64,000 nucleotides of DNA. Origin: an uncultured bacterium (GTDB taxonomy: Bacteria > Oederibacteriota > Oederibacteriia > Oederibacteriales > Oederibacteriaceae). Of the stretch, positions 19,001 to 28,378 are shown piece by piece. Location: positions 352,001 through 416,000 of the forward strand of contig OZ218778.1 in the NCBI GenBank assembly GCA_965112635.1. The letters run 5' to 3'. The position numbers and the translations under genes were made by a program. How positions within the stretch are numbered: position 1 is the first letter of the stretch; each line of letters starts with the position of its first letter. The notes beneath the pieces are model-generated. The model did not search any database, was not told the origin of the DNA, and was given only the letters and a program-made list of their open reading frames with translations.

Positions 19001-22000
19001 ATGCATAAAACAGCTCTGATCCCTTGTAGGATTGTGATCCTATTACTGCTCCTCGTAGTATATCCCCTTCTTTTATCGGCCCAATCGACCCAATCCTGCC
19101 CACCCCTGTTTTATGTAGCCGGGAAAAGTTCTGAAGTTCCTGGTGGAAATGTTAACGGACAGCCTGTCAATCCACAGATAGGCCCGCCAGGTTTTGTCCA
19201 TTTGCAAGGCAATGGTTATGTGACCTTTGATCCTTTTGAGCCTGGCGGCTCCCCTACCGATGGTGTGATTTTTGGCCCAGGCGGCCAATCCCCCAACGGC
19301 GCCTATTGGAGCTGGACAGGAGCTAATGTAGGGAACATTTTCAACTCTACTTGCGGAAACGATATTACCTTCTACCTCAAGTCCAGCTATACCTGGGCCC
19401 AAAGGCTGGCTGGTCCTCAAACCTACGCCTGGGATGTCACCGATAACGGCGGCAATTCAGTGTTCAATTTTTCCTACGAGCAGATGGCAAACTCATGGCT
19501 GCAGTTCTGCTACCAGGTCGACGCGATTACTAACGTATGCTACATGGTCCCTGCAGGAACCGAAGATGCCCTGTTCGGACTGAATGTTATTTTAAAAGTT
19601 AGAATAAGATGGGATGGGACGAATTGTTATTTGTATCTTAATAACATCTTGGTCCAGATCACACCCTATACCCCCTTTGCCCCGGGTTGGGGCGCAAGCT
19701 CCGTATTTAACCTAGGAGCTACGGCAGCCGGTTTCCCTGGATACTGGAGTTGCATGGACAGCATCGCTGACCTTCAGATTGGCCCATCGAGTTCTTGCAG
19801 CTGCATCCCCACGCCCACACCGCCGGCCCTGGAAGCAGTCCCCTGCGCTTCCCCGGGCACCAACCCGGCTACCTTGACCGGTGTCATCAACACCTATTAT
19901 CCTGGCAATCAGTCCGTAGCGGCTGGGAGTACGGTTATCCCTGTGGGTGCGGCTGTGGGCGGCCCCGCAATCGCTACCGGAGACCTGCTGCTGGTCATCC
20001 AGATGCAGCAAGCAGCCATCAACTCCACCAATACAGTTCAGTATGGCGACGGGCTGGGTGACGCGTCAGGTTCCACGAACCTGCAAGGCACCGGAGTCTT
20101 TGAATACGCCATAGCCGCTGGACCGGTGGCCGGGGGCAATTTGACTCTCGCCGAACCCTTAATCAACAACTACACCGAGGCGGCCGCCACAGCTACCCAG
20201 GGGCAGGAGACCTATCAGGTGGTGCGGGTTCCCCAGTATTTTAACGCCACTTTGACCAATGGCTTGACCGCTGCTCCCTGGAACGGTTCTCTCGGAGGCA
20301 TCCTGGCCTTTAATGACGCGGGCACCCTAAACCTGAACAATGCCGTGGTAAGCGTGGATGCCAAGGGTTTCCGTGGAGGCGGCAGCCGGGAAATGAACGG
20401 CGGAATAGGTCTGGCCACGGACTACGTGGACTCAACAGGCAGCAATTTCAGCGGCCAAAAAGGTGAAGGCATTGCGGGCACTCCCTGGTGGGTGTATGAC
20501 GGCGCGGGAGTGGTCAATACAGGGTTGGAAGGATATCCCAACGGCAGCGCGGCCATGGGAGCGCCGGGAAACGCCGGCGGTGGCTGCACCGACGACGATT
20601 CTGATGGTACTCATGCAAGCAATGGAGGAGGCGGAGGCGGAGGCAATGGCGGCTTCGGCGGCCACGGCGGCAGCAGTTTTGGTTCAGATCTGCTCGTAGG
20701 AGGTTTCGGCGGGGCACCTTTCCCGGCCTCAGCCAACCAGCTCATTATGGGAGGAGGAGGAGGAGCCGGATCCACCAATAACAGCCCGGCCCCTGACAGC
20801 AGCGGTGGAAGAGGCGGTGGCATGGTCTTCTTGAAAGCCTGCACTATGGCTGGCAATGGGACCATTACTGCCAATGGAGAGGTTGGAAAAGACGCTGGGT
20901 TTCAATATCCCTCTGATGGTGGCGGTGGCGGTGGCGCTGGCGGGAGCATGCTGGTCCTGTCCGGAGCTGGGCTGGGCGGCTTGACCGTGCGTGCCGACGG
21001 TGGCAAGGGAGGAGATACGGGGCTGGATAGTCATTATGGGCCTGGAGGAGGAGGCGGTGGTGGCGTAGTGATGCTTTCCAACGCCCCCTTGGCCTCTTCG
21101 GCCATTGGAGGGATCAACGGTTTGACCTTAGGTAATGTCCCTTATAGTTCCACAGCCGGAACCAACGGTATTATCAACATGAATATTCCCTACCCTGAAA
21201 AGAGCTGCATCTGCGGAGTTTCTCCAACCTTCACCTTCACGGCAACATCCACAGCGACTCATACCAACAGCCCCACGCCCACCAGCACCTGCACAGCCAC
21301 CGCCACTCCCACTATTTCGCCCACGGCCACAGTGACGGACACCTCCACAGCCACACCCACTTTCTCTGCTACCGACACACCTTCTAATACGAGCACTATA
21401 ACTCATACAACTACGGCAACCTCCACGGATACCTGGATGCAAAGCCCGACCTTTACAGACACAGCCACTCAAACGGTTACCCCTACCCAGACTTTCACAC
21501 CCACAATATCCAATACCGCCAGCTCTACATCCACGACAACCTCTACGCTTACTATTACCCAAACTAGCTCCATGACTTGGACCAGTTCTCTGACCCTGAC
21601 CCCATCCCTGACCTGGACTCCGTCCAAAACCCAAACCCAGACCCATACCGCCACCGTGACCGCTACCAATACCCCGGTGATGACCAACCTGGAGCTCAAG
21701 GTCTACAACGAAGCCGGTGAAGTGGTCAAAACCTTCAGCAATGTCCTTGTCTTGGGTGGGTTTAGCGGTATCCAGCTTTCCTCAGGCAGCGGCTCTACCA
21801 TCTTTGACCCCAACTCCGGCCTCTTTGATATCGAGATCAAAAGCGCTGGCATCATCTACCATGTCCCCTGGGACGGCAAAAGCGACCTGGGCTACCTTGT
21901 GGACAGCGGGCAATATGTGCTTAAAGCCGATATCCCCGGCCTGCAAGGCAATACGGTCGTCATGCCCCTGACCGTGCTCAAGTCAGGAGACCTTTTGACC

Positions 22001-22633
22001 GTCAGTATCTACACCACCAGCGGAGAGTTGGTCAAACAGCTTTACCAGAGCTATTTCGTCCAGGGACAATTGGGAAGCATGAAGTTGACCAGTAATTTAC
22101 TGCAGATAAGCAATCAACCCACAGGGACAACCACGATCGGGATAAACATCTTTTCCTCCACAGGTCAGTTAATGGCAGATGGGCTAGGCTCCTTGAACCA
22201 AGCCCGCCTGACCTGGGACGGCACCACGGCCTTGGGCAATTATGTGCAAAGCGGAGAGTATTTGATCAAAATAGATCAGACCTACAACCACCAGCACGAT
22301 GTGCTGGTGCAAAGCGTGACCGTGTTAAGCTCCAATTTAAGCGGGTTTATGGACGCTTCGGTCTACCCCAACCCGTACCTCTCCACCCCAGACCACAAGG
22401 TATGGTTTAAGGTCGCTTTGCAGGACCAATCCAACCTGACCGTGAGAATTTATGATGTGGTGGGAGAGCTGGTGAACACCCTCAGCTTGCCCGCAGCCGG
22501 GCCTGGCATTGCCACCCTGGGTTGGGATGTCAATAATGCTGCGGCCGGTCTTTATGTGGGAATTGTAGAAGCCGCTTCACAGGTCAGCGGTCAAACACAG
22601 AAAAAAGCTTTGAAAATCTCGATCATCAAATAA
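19001..22633 (+). CDS. Large secreted modular protein: shared beta domain, Gly-rich adhesin-like region, Thr-rich stalk, FlgD-Ig-like repeats, YPNP C-terminal domain
   Basis: Signal peptide, INTYYPG/IQMQ region, GGGGGG tracts, WDGK..SG.Y repeats, VYPNP...AAGLY...KISIIK. Confidence 0.8.
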   Translation: MHKTALIPCRIVILLLLLVVYPLLLSAQSTQSCPPLFYVAGKSSEVPGGNVNGQPVNPQIGPPGFVHLQGNGYVTFDPFEPGGSPTDGVIFGPGGQSPNGAYWSWTGANVGNIFNSTCGNDITFYLKSSYTWAQRLAGPQTYAWDVTDNGGNSVFNFSYEQMANSWLQFCYQVDAITNVCYMVPAGTEDALFGLNVILKVRIRWDGTNCYLYLNNILVQITPYTPFAPGWGASSVFNLGATAAGFPGYWSCMDSIADLQIGPSSSCSCIPTPTPPALEAVPCASPGTNPATLTGVINTYYPGNQSVAAGSTVIPVGAAVGGPAIATGDLLLVIQMQQAAINSTNTVQYGDGLGDASGSTNLQGTGVFEYAIAAGPVAGGNLTLAEPLINNYTEAAATATQGQETYQVVRVPQYFNATLTNGLTAAPWNGSLGGILAFNDAGTLNLNNAVVSVDAKGFRGGGSREMNGGIGLATDYVDSTGSNFSGQKGEGIAGTPWWVYDGAGVVNTGLEGYPNGSAAMGAPGNAGGGCTDDDSDGTHASNGGGGGGGNGGFGGHGGSSFGSDLLVGGFGGAPFPASANQLIMGGGGGAGSTNNSPAPDSSGGRGGGMVFLKACTMAGNGTITANGEVGKDAGFQYPSDGGGGGGAGGSMLVLSGAGLGGLTVRADGGKGGDTGLDSHYGPGGGGGGGVVMLSNAPLASSAIGGINGLTLGNVPYSSTAGTNGIINMNIPYPEKSCICGVSPTFTFTATSTATHTNSPTPTSTCTATATPTISPTATVTDTSTATPTFSATDTPSNTSTITHTTTATSTDTWMQSPTFTDTATQTVTPTQTFTPTISNTASSTSTTTSTLTITQTSSMTWTSSLTLTPSLTWTPSKTQTQTHTATVTATNTPVMTNLELKVYNEAGEVVKTFSNVLVLGGFSGIQLSSGSGSTIFDPNSGLFDIEIKSAGIIYHVPWDGKSDLGYLVDSGQYVLKADIPGLQGNTVVMPLTVLKSGDLLTVSIYTTSGELVKQLYQSYFVQGQLGSMKLTSNLLQISNQPTGTTTIGINIFSSTGQLMADGLGSLNQARLTWDGTTALGNYVQSGEYLIKIDQTYNHQHDVLVQSVTVLSSNLSGFMDASVYPNPYLSTPDHKVWFKVALQDQSNLTVRIYDVVGELVNTLSLPAAGPGIATLGWDVNNAAAGLYVGIVEAASQVSGQTQKKALKISIIK

Positions 22634-22655
22634 GAGAAAACAAACCCGGCCAAGA

Positions 22656-23840
22656 TTACCATTTCCCGTATTTCAATCCCGCCTTGATGTAGCGTTCGGC
22701 ATTGGCCAAAAATTTAGCGGTATGCGCCTCGACCGGCGTGGCCGAGGGCAAAAGAATAGTATGTTCTTTACCGCCAAGGCGAATGGCTGACTTGACCTTT
22801 TCTTCTATCTCGTCCGGCGACAGGGTTTCCATCCAGAGGAATTCAATATTTCCGACCAAGGTCATCTTACCGGCGTAAAATTGCTTGGCTTCCTCGAATT
22901 CAATATCCCCCTGGTCAGGTGGCTCGACCGGGTCCGTGGAATCTACCCCCATCTTGACGAACGAATCCAGCAGGGTTTTCACCTTACCATGGCAGTGCAC
23001 GTGTATTTTGGCCTCAGGGTCGCGCTGTTTGATGCGCCGCATGATCTCGCCGTCATAAGGCTCCACATATTTTTTCCACTGTTTTGGCCCCATCATGGGA
23101 GGAGACGCCCTCTCAATCCCGTTGAAATGCCAGAACGGCCCAACGCCCTGTCGAAGCTGGAAATCCACATTAGCCCAGGTCCGTTCCAACCAGGCGTCTG
23201 CCAGCATTTGGATGAGGATGGGTTCACTGAGGATCCATTCCAGCATCAGCTCGTACTCCATGACCCCGCAAAGCATGGCCACCATGGTATTGACGCTACC
23301 CCCGCCGAGGCAGTCCTTGCCCATTTCCTTACGGTATTGTCGGAAAGGTTCGTAATCCTCGGGTTTTCCTTGGCCTACGTAAAAGGGCACGGAAAGCATG
23401 ATCTCCACGTCGCGGGGAGTTTCGATGGGTCTGTGCATATCCCAGTTGGTCTCGACCCCCTCGTCCCGGTGAAAGGTCCAAAAAAGCTCGCCTTTGGGGG
23501 CATGCAGGATAAAGGTCTGTTCATATCGGTTGGGCCCTATCTTTTTCTCCGGACATTTCTCGATATATTTGGCAGGCGCCTCCAAAAAACGCTGGTAAGA
23601 GATCTCGGTAGCACAAGGCAAAGGCATAGGATTGTAGGGTTGTGGCACCGGATCGCAATACTCCTCCACCAACTCGGCCACCCGGATGAACCCTGGGTCT
23701 GCCCGCCAGCCGCCTGGCTTTTCCTTTTTTATATCCCGCATGGGTGACCAGCTGATGGGCGAGCCGATGGGGATGCGGTCCGTTTTCTGGCCGCGGTAGA
23801 CGGCAAGGATGCGTTTGCTGGATGTCAACAAGTCTGCCAT
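22656..23840 (-). CDS. Uroporphyrinogen decarboxylase (URO-D/MtaA)-like TIM-barrel protein
   Basis: HVHCHGKV, DPVEPP.QGDI, LVGNIE, ILLPSA. Coupled to an AraC gene. Confidence 0.8.
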   Translation of the reverse strand: MADLLTSSKRILAVYRGQKTDRIPIGSPISWSPMRDIKKEKPGGWRADPGFIRVAELVEEYCDPVPQPYNPMPLPCATEISYQRFLEAPAKYIEKCPEKKIGPNRYEQTFILHAPKGELFWTFHRDEGVETNWDMHRPIETPRDVEIMLSVPFYVGQGKPEDYEPFRQYRKEMGKDCLGGGSVNTMVAMLCGVMEYELMLEWILSEPILIQMLADAWLERTWANVDFQLRQGVGPFWHFNGIERASPPMMGPKQWKKYVEPYDGEIMRRIKQRDPEAKIHVHCHGKVKTLLDSFVKMGVDSTDPVEPPDQGDIEFEEAKQFYAGKMTLVGNIEFLWMETLSPDEIEEKVKSAIRLGGKEHTILLPSATPVEAHTAKFLANAERYIKAGLKYGKW

Positions 23841-23848
23841 AAAATTTC

Positions 23849-24787
23849 CTAACCAACCTTTTCGGGACGCCCTTTGGCGTCAGTCTGGCGGAGAGCTGGA
23901 CTCATGAATTTTTTGCGGTAAGCCGCTGGAGACAGGCCCATGACCCGGATGAAGGTCCTGTGAAAATGGCTTTCATCGTCAAATCCCCAGTTGAGCGCCG
24001 TGGCTTTCACCGGCTCTTTGGATTGCAACAACTCGATCGCCGCGCTCTGGACCAGTTGCTGCAAAGCGAATTTTCCTAAACTTATTTTCATCAGATCATG
24101 GAATTCCTTGCAGAAGTTCGTACGGGTCATCCCGCAGGCTTTTGCTCCCTCGGCCACGCTGATCTTGCTGCGGCTGTTAAAAACCAGGTCAATGGCCGGG
24201 CCGATCTCACCCAGATTTCCCTTGGCATCCCCGTCCTTCATGGCCGGAGGCTGCCAGCCCCGCATGATCAGCATCAAAAGCCCAAGACATTCCAGCCTCA
24301 AGGCCACTTTATCAGGCCCGTCCAATTGGTCCAACCAGGATTGGTAGGTGATTATCTTTTTGGCCAGACTGAGGATTGTCCTTTTCTTCTCATAGTCCTT
24401 AAAATCAATCCCGGGCCTCTGGCTGGGTGGAACAAAAAATGGGGTCAAAAGGTTTAACCGTGGCTCTTCAGTAAAATGCATCTGGGACATCATCGGTGGA
24501 AAGAAAAAGATCACCAAACCGCTGGAGGGTTTTTCGATTATCTCCATCCCATGCGGTTCCCACATATTGGCTAGCCAGACTTGGCCCGGCCTGACCATGA
24601 GTTCATGGTCTGAGTAGATCTGTTTGGCCTTCCCGGAGATCAAAACTCCGATCTCCAGTTCATAGTGCCGGTCAAACATCCCCTCTTTATCGTTGAATTT
24701 GAAAGTCTCGATTGGTTTTGATGCGGAAAGGCCCAGGAACGCTGGAGTCATGGTCAAAATGCTGGAAGGTATATTGTTTTTCATCAT
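23849..24787 (-). CDS. AraC-family transcriptional regulator
   Basis: N-terminal cupin (H.ELE...WEPH) and C-terminal double HTH (WGFDDESHFHRTF...GLSPAAYR). Confidence 0.9.
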   Translation of the reverse strand: MMKNNIPSSILTMTPAFLGLSASKPIETFKFNDKEGMFDRHYELEIGVLISGKAKQIYSDHELMVRPGQVWLANMWEPHGMEIIEKPSSGLVIFFFPPMMSQMHFTEEPRLNLLTPFFVPPSQRPGIDFKDYEKKRTILSLAKKIITYQSWLDQLDGPDKVALRLECLGLLMLIMRGWQPPAMKDGDAKGNLGEIGPAIDLVFNSRSKISVAEGAKACGMTRTNFCKEFHDLMKISLGKFALQQLVQSAAIELLQSKEPVKATALNWGFDDESHFHRTFIRVMGLSPAAYRKKFMSPALRQTDAKGRPEKVG

Positions 24788-24962
24788 TTTTCCTTATTTT
24801 GTGCCTCAAATGTTTCACCTGCATTATATCCCATATCCCTTCTGTTTGGACGAATATCCAAGTTTTAGGATATGTTTTTTCAATGAAATATCAGGCTTTT
24901 TCGCTGTTTCAGGTGTCTAATTCTACAAAGAAACATTAAAGGCCATAGAGGAGATTGTTAAA

Positions 24963-26927
24963 GTGTTTAACAAAATTCGTCAAATTATAATCATGACAAC
25001 TTTGCTGATCCCTACTGGAACAAGTTTAAGCTGGGCCCAGTCACCCGCCGCCTATATAGACCCTGAGACTTGGCCATGGATTTGCCAATGTCAGGTCAGG
25101 AATCAGGCCTATCGAGCCGCCCATGGTGGTTTGTCCACAGGTATTGTCTGCCATTTCGGCGACTCAATTACTTATGCTAATCCTAATTCACAATGGGCCA
25201 GGAGCGGTAACGGGTTTACAGCGTCAGACACAGCCATAACACAATGGATGCATGTCAACGGCCACCAGGGGGGCACCGACCCGGCGCCTACAAGCACCAA
25301 TAATTTACCGGCAGATTGTTCGTCCATCAAGGGTGCTAACGATAGCATTTGGGGTAAAGACGGGTGGTGGCTGTCCATAGTGGATATGAGCGGTGCCTAT
25401 TCCAATGGTTCTTATACGGCCATGAGCGGGATAAACTCAACCGAATTTTTGGCCGGATCCGACAACCTCCCCACGCCTGACAAGATGATGGCCTGCTATG
25501 ACCCTGAGCTGGTCATTCTCATGCTGGGAGCCAATGTTGACAACAATGTGGCTACTTTCCAGAGCAACATGGACGCGATCATCCAAATAATCCTGGCCAC
25601 CAACTGTATCCCCATCCTGATGACTTCAACGCCCTGCGGGGGAACCACGGCGAGTTACAACGCGGCGGTCGTGGCCGAGGCACAAAAGTACAGCTTGCCC
25701 CTGATCGATTTTTACGGAGCGATCATGTTCTATCAGCCCGTGAACTGGAATGGCACTCTTCTCCAGCATAACCAGTGCCATCCCTCTGCCTCGGGCCTCA
25801 CCTACACCGCCTCAAGCGACCCCTATGCCGGCAATTACGCGGCTTTGGCCCAGGTGGGTTATTTGTTAAGGGGTTTCCTGATAGTGCAGAAAGTAAAAGA
25901 TGTGTATAACAACTGCATTGTGGGCCCGGCTTGCGGCTCGGGCACGAGTACAGCGACCAACACTCCGGTCCCGGCCAATACAGCCACCCAAACCCAGACT
26001 CCGACGCGGACTTTTACTCAGGCTCCGACAGCAACCGCAACCAATACAGCTACCCCCATGGGGACTTCCACCTATACTTTCACCCCATCGGCAACAGCAA
26101 CCAAAACTTCAACCTCGACCCAGACTGTAACATTCACCCAGACCCTGACCTCAAGTCAGACCTTGACCCCCTCTCAGACCCTGACCCCCAGCCAGACTTT
26201 GACCTCAACCCTTACCCCGACTAGGACTAGCACTTCTACCCAGACTTTGACTCCAAGCCAGACCCTGACCCCCAGTCAAACCTTTACTATCACGGTCACT
26301 TTTACTCAAACCACCACTTCCACCCAGACCTTGACCTCTACCCAGACTCTAACCTCGAGCCAAACCTATACTTCCACGCAAACCTCCACCTCCACGGTCA
26401 CTTCCAGCCAGACCTATACTTCCACCCAAACCTTTACCGTCACCCAAACCCTGACCTCCAGCAACACTCCTACTCCTTCCAATACCACCACCCCTTCCCA
26501 TACGGTGACTCCCAGCTACACCCTGACCTCCAGCATGACCTTTACCAATTCGCCCACTTTCACCCCTACCGCCAGCGCCCCTCTCTGGATCGTCAATCAT
26601 GTCCCCTACCCCAACCCCGTGAGGGACAACAACGGAACAAAGTTCTACATCAAAATGACGGATGTCCCTAACCACATATCTGTCAGGATTTACACGACCT
26701 CCATGCGCCTGGTTTGGGATTTTTCAATTGCCAATCCGGCTTTGCAAATCGAATATGACAACGAGGTCGCCTATTTTACCTTCACTCTCCCCTACAACCT
26801 GACGGACAATCACAATATGTCTCTGGCCAATGGCCTGTATTACTACTCCATCACGGCTAAAAATATGACCAGCTCTACCAATAGCCGCCAGGCCAGGGTT
26901 ATGGGTAAATTGGCTATTCTGAGATAA
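24963..26927 (+). CDS. Secreted SGNH/GDSL-like hydrolase with a Thr-rich stalk and YPNP C-terminal domain
   Basis: FGDSIT block I, MLGAN block III, CHPS block V, SQTLTP repeats. Its C-terminal domain is closely related to that of 14904-18752. Confidence 0.8.
   Translation: MFNKIRQIIIMTTLLIPTGTSLSWAQSPAAYIDPETWPWICQCQVRNQAYRAAHGGLSTGIVCHFGDSITYANPNSQWARSGNGFTASDTAITQWMHVNGHQGGTDPAPTSTNNLPADCSSIKGANDSIWGKDGWWLSIVDMSGAYSNGSYTAMSGINSTEFLAGSDNLPTPDKMMACYDPELVILMLGANVDNNVATFQSNMDAIIQIILATNCIPILMTSTPCGGTTASYNAAVVAEAQKYSLPLIDFYGAIMFYQPVNWNGTLLQHNQCHPSASGLTYTASSDPYAGNYAALAQVGYLLRGFLIVQKVKDVYNNCIVGPACGSGTSTATNTPVPANTATQTQTPTRTFTQAPTATATNTATPMGTSTYTFTPSATATKTSTSTQTVTFTQTLTSSQTLTPSQTLTPSQTLTSTLTPTRTSTSTQTLTPSQTLTPSQTFTITVTFTQTTTSTQTLTSTQTLTSSQTYTSTQTSTSTVTSSQTYTSTQTFTVTQTLTSSNTPTPSNTTTPSHTVTPSYTLTSSMTFTNSPTFTPTASAPLWIVNHVPYPNPVRDNNGTKFYIKMTDVPNHISVRIYTTSMRLVWDFSIANPALQIEYDNEVAYFTFTLPYNLTDNHNMSLANGLYYYSITAKNMTSSTNSRQARVMGKLAILR
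26130..26470 (+). repeat. Degenerate 18-nt tandem repeat encoding (S/T)QTLT(P/S)
   Basis: Recurring CAGACC(C/T)TGACC(C/T)C units. Confidence 0.8.
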
Positions 26928-26973
26928 ACTTGATTTTTATATGGGACAGGTTGAATCCTCAGTGACCAGAAGA

Positions 26974-27060
26974 CTTTATGTGGGAATCATATAAGCCAAC
27001 TCCCTGGTGAGCGGGCAAACACAGAAAAAACCGTTAAAAATCTCGATCGTCAATTAAGAG
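26974..27060 (+). pseudogene. Second orphan 3' end of a 19001-22633 paralog
   Basis: Colinear with 22550-22636 (15 mismatches in 87 nt by manual count). Reads LYVGII*ANSLVSGQTQKKPLKISIVN*. Confidence 0.88.
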
Positions 27061-27110
27061 GAATAAACACTTGCTATAATATTTTGAGCAACCGTTTTCA
27101 CTCTGTTGTT

Positions 27111-28304
27111 CTAATCTTCATCAATCCCTTCGGTCGCCAACCTACCTGGCATTTTTTTATGACCCTGAAGATACGGTAAAAATAAAAAGTTGGCGATAAG
27201 CGTGGGGATTACGGCGCTGCCAATGACCGTGGCTACCAGGAACGAGTACTGCTCCTGGGTAACAATACCGTGCGAGAAGCCATATAGGGCCGAGATGGTC
27301 CCAAAGGTAAGACCCGTGGACATCATCAGCGTGTAATACCAGGTTTCTGCTTTCACTTTTCTGAAAATTCTGATCACAGGATACAGGCCGAATATTTTGG
27401 AGATCACCTTAGCGCTAAAAAGCGCCACTAGCACGATTGGTGCACCGGCCAAAGCAATGATGGAGACCAGCGAGCCAGCCCGGATAAAATAGAACGGTGT
27501 GAAAAATCCGACCGTAAGCATACGGAACCTCTCCACCCACTGGTGTTCCTTATAGGCAAACTCAGCCAAAAGCATGCCTGCGATATACGCTGGTAAAACC
27601 GCTTCGCTCCCAGACCAGACCGCAAGCGCACCCAGGCCAAAAAGCACCAGGATGACCCATTTGGATCGGATGGAGGCGGTTTTGTTTCCGTAAATCTTTG
27701 TCAGGAAAGAAGTAACCGCTGGAAACAACGCCAGGATAATCACGCTCGCAATGATAAAAATAACGGTTTTGTAGTCAAAGGGGGCGAAAATAAGTCCGAG
27801 GGCAATGACCGTGCCCAGGTCATTGATAAAACAGGCTCCCAGGATGCCTTTGCCGAACTCGGTTTTGTTAAAACCCGTCTCCAGCATAACCGCGTAAACC
27901 ACCGCCATGGAAGTGGTGGACAGGGCGATACCCGCCAGCCAGCTCGCCCGCGGGTCCCAATGGAGGATAAACCTGGCTAAGGTGGCGCATCCCAGAAAAG
28001 GAGCCAGGAACCCGATCAGGCCCACGATGACGACCTCTTTCCACTTGGAACGCATGACCTTGTGGTCCAGTTCCGCCCCGGCCAAAAAGGTGAGCAAAAC
28101 CGAGCCTGCCGAGGCGATAAAACGCAGCCACTCAAAATTGTTCCCGAAAGCGTTGGGCCCGCAATAATATCCGATGATATTGGCGGCAATAACGCCGGCG
28201 CATATTTCCACTAGCGCGATGGATATCTTGAAATGGTGCGCAATGATAGCTGACACCACGGCCAACCCCAGCCATAAAGCGGCGATAGTATAAATTTGTT
28301 CCAT
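27111..28304 (-). CDS. Cation:proton antiporter (CPA2-like), fluoride-riboswitch associated
   Basis: About 12 TM helices, LTFLAGAELD, ALSTTSMAVV, FINDLGTV. Confidence 0.88.
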   Translation of the reverse strand: MEQIYTIAALWLGLAVVSAIIAHHFKISIALVEICAGVIAANIIGYYCGPNAFGNNFEWLRFIASAGSVLLTFLAGAELDHKVMRSKWKEVVIVGLIGFLAPFLGCATLARFILHWDPRASWLAGIALSTTSMAVVYAVMLETGFNKTEFGKGILGACFINDLGTVIALGLIFAPFDYKTVIFIIASVIILALFPAVTSFLTKIYGNKTASIRSKWVILVLFGLGALAVWSGSEAVLPAYIAGMLLAEFAYKEHQWVERFRMLTVGFFTPFYFIRAGSLVSIIALAGAPIVLVALFSAKVISKIFGLYPVIRIFRKVKAETWYYTLMMSTGLTFGTISALYGFSHGIVTQEQYSFLVATVIGSAVIPTLIANFLFLPYLQGHKKMPGRLATEGIDED

Positions 28305-28347
28305 ATTTCCCCTTTTAAAAATAGATTTCTTATGTGAAGCTCCAAAT

Positions 28348-28378
28348 AAAAAAAACTCCTACCATTTCTAGTAGAAGT
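28348..28378 (-). terminator. Riboswitch-controlled intrinsic terminator
   Basis: Minus strand ACTTCTAC-TAGAAATG-GTAGGAGT followed by a T-run. The 5' arm overlaps the aptamer 3' end. Confidence 0.8.

Noticed and set aside
25940-26580. CRISPR array or ice-nucleation protein suggested by the periodic repeats
   Set aside because: The repeats are degenerate, in-frame and coding, with no unique spacers and no cas genes. The AGYGSTxTA ice-nucleation repeat is absent.
18820-27060. Integron attC sites between the secreted genes
   Set aside because: The recurring segments are not palindromic, lack RYYYAAC/GTTRRRY ends and diverge like coding sequence. No integrase is in view.
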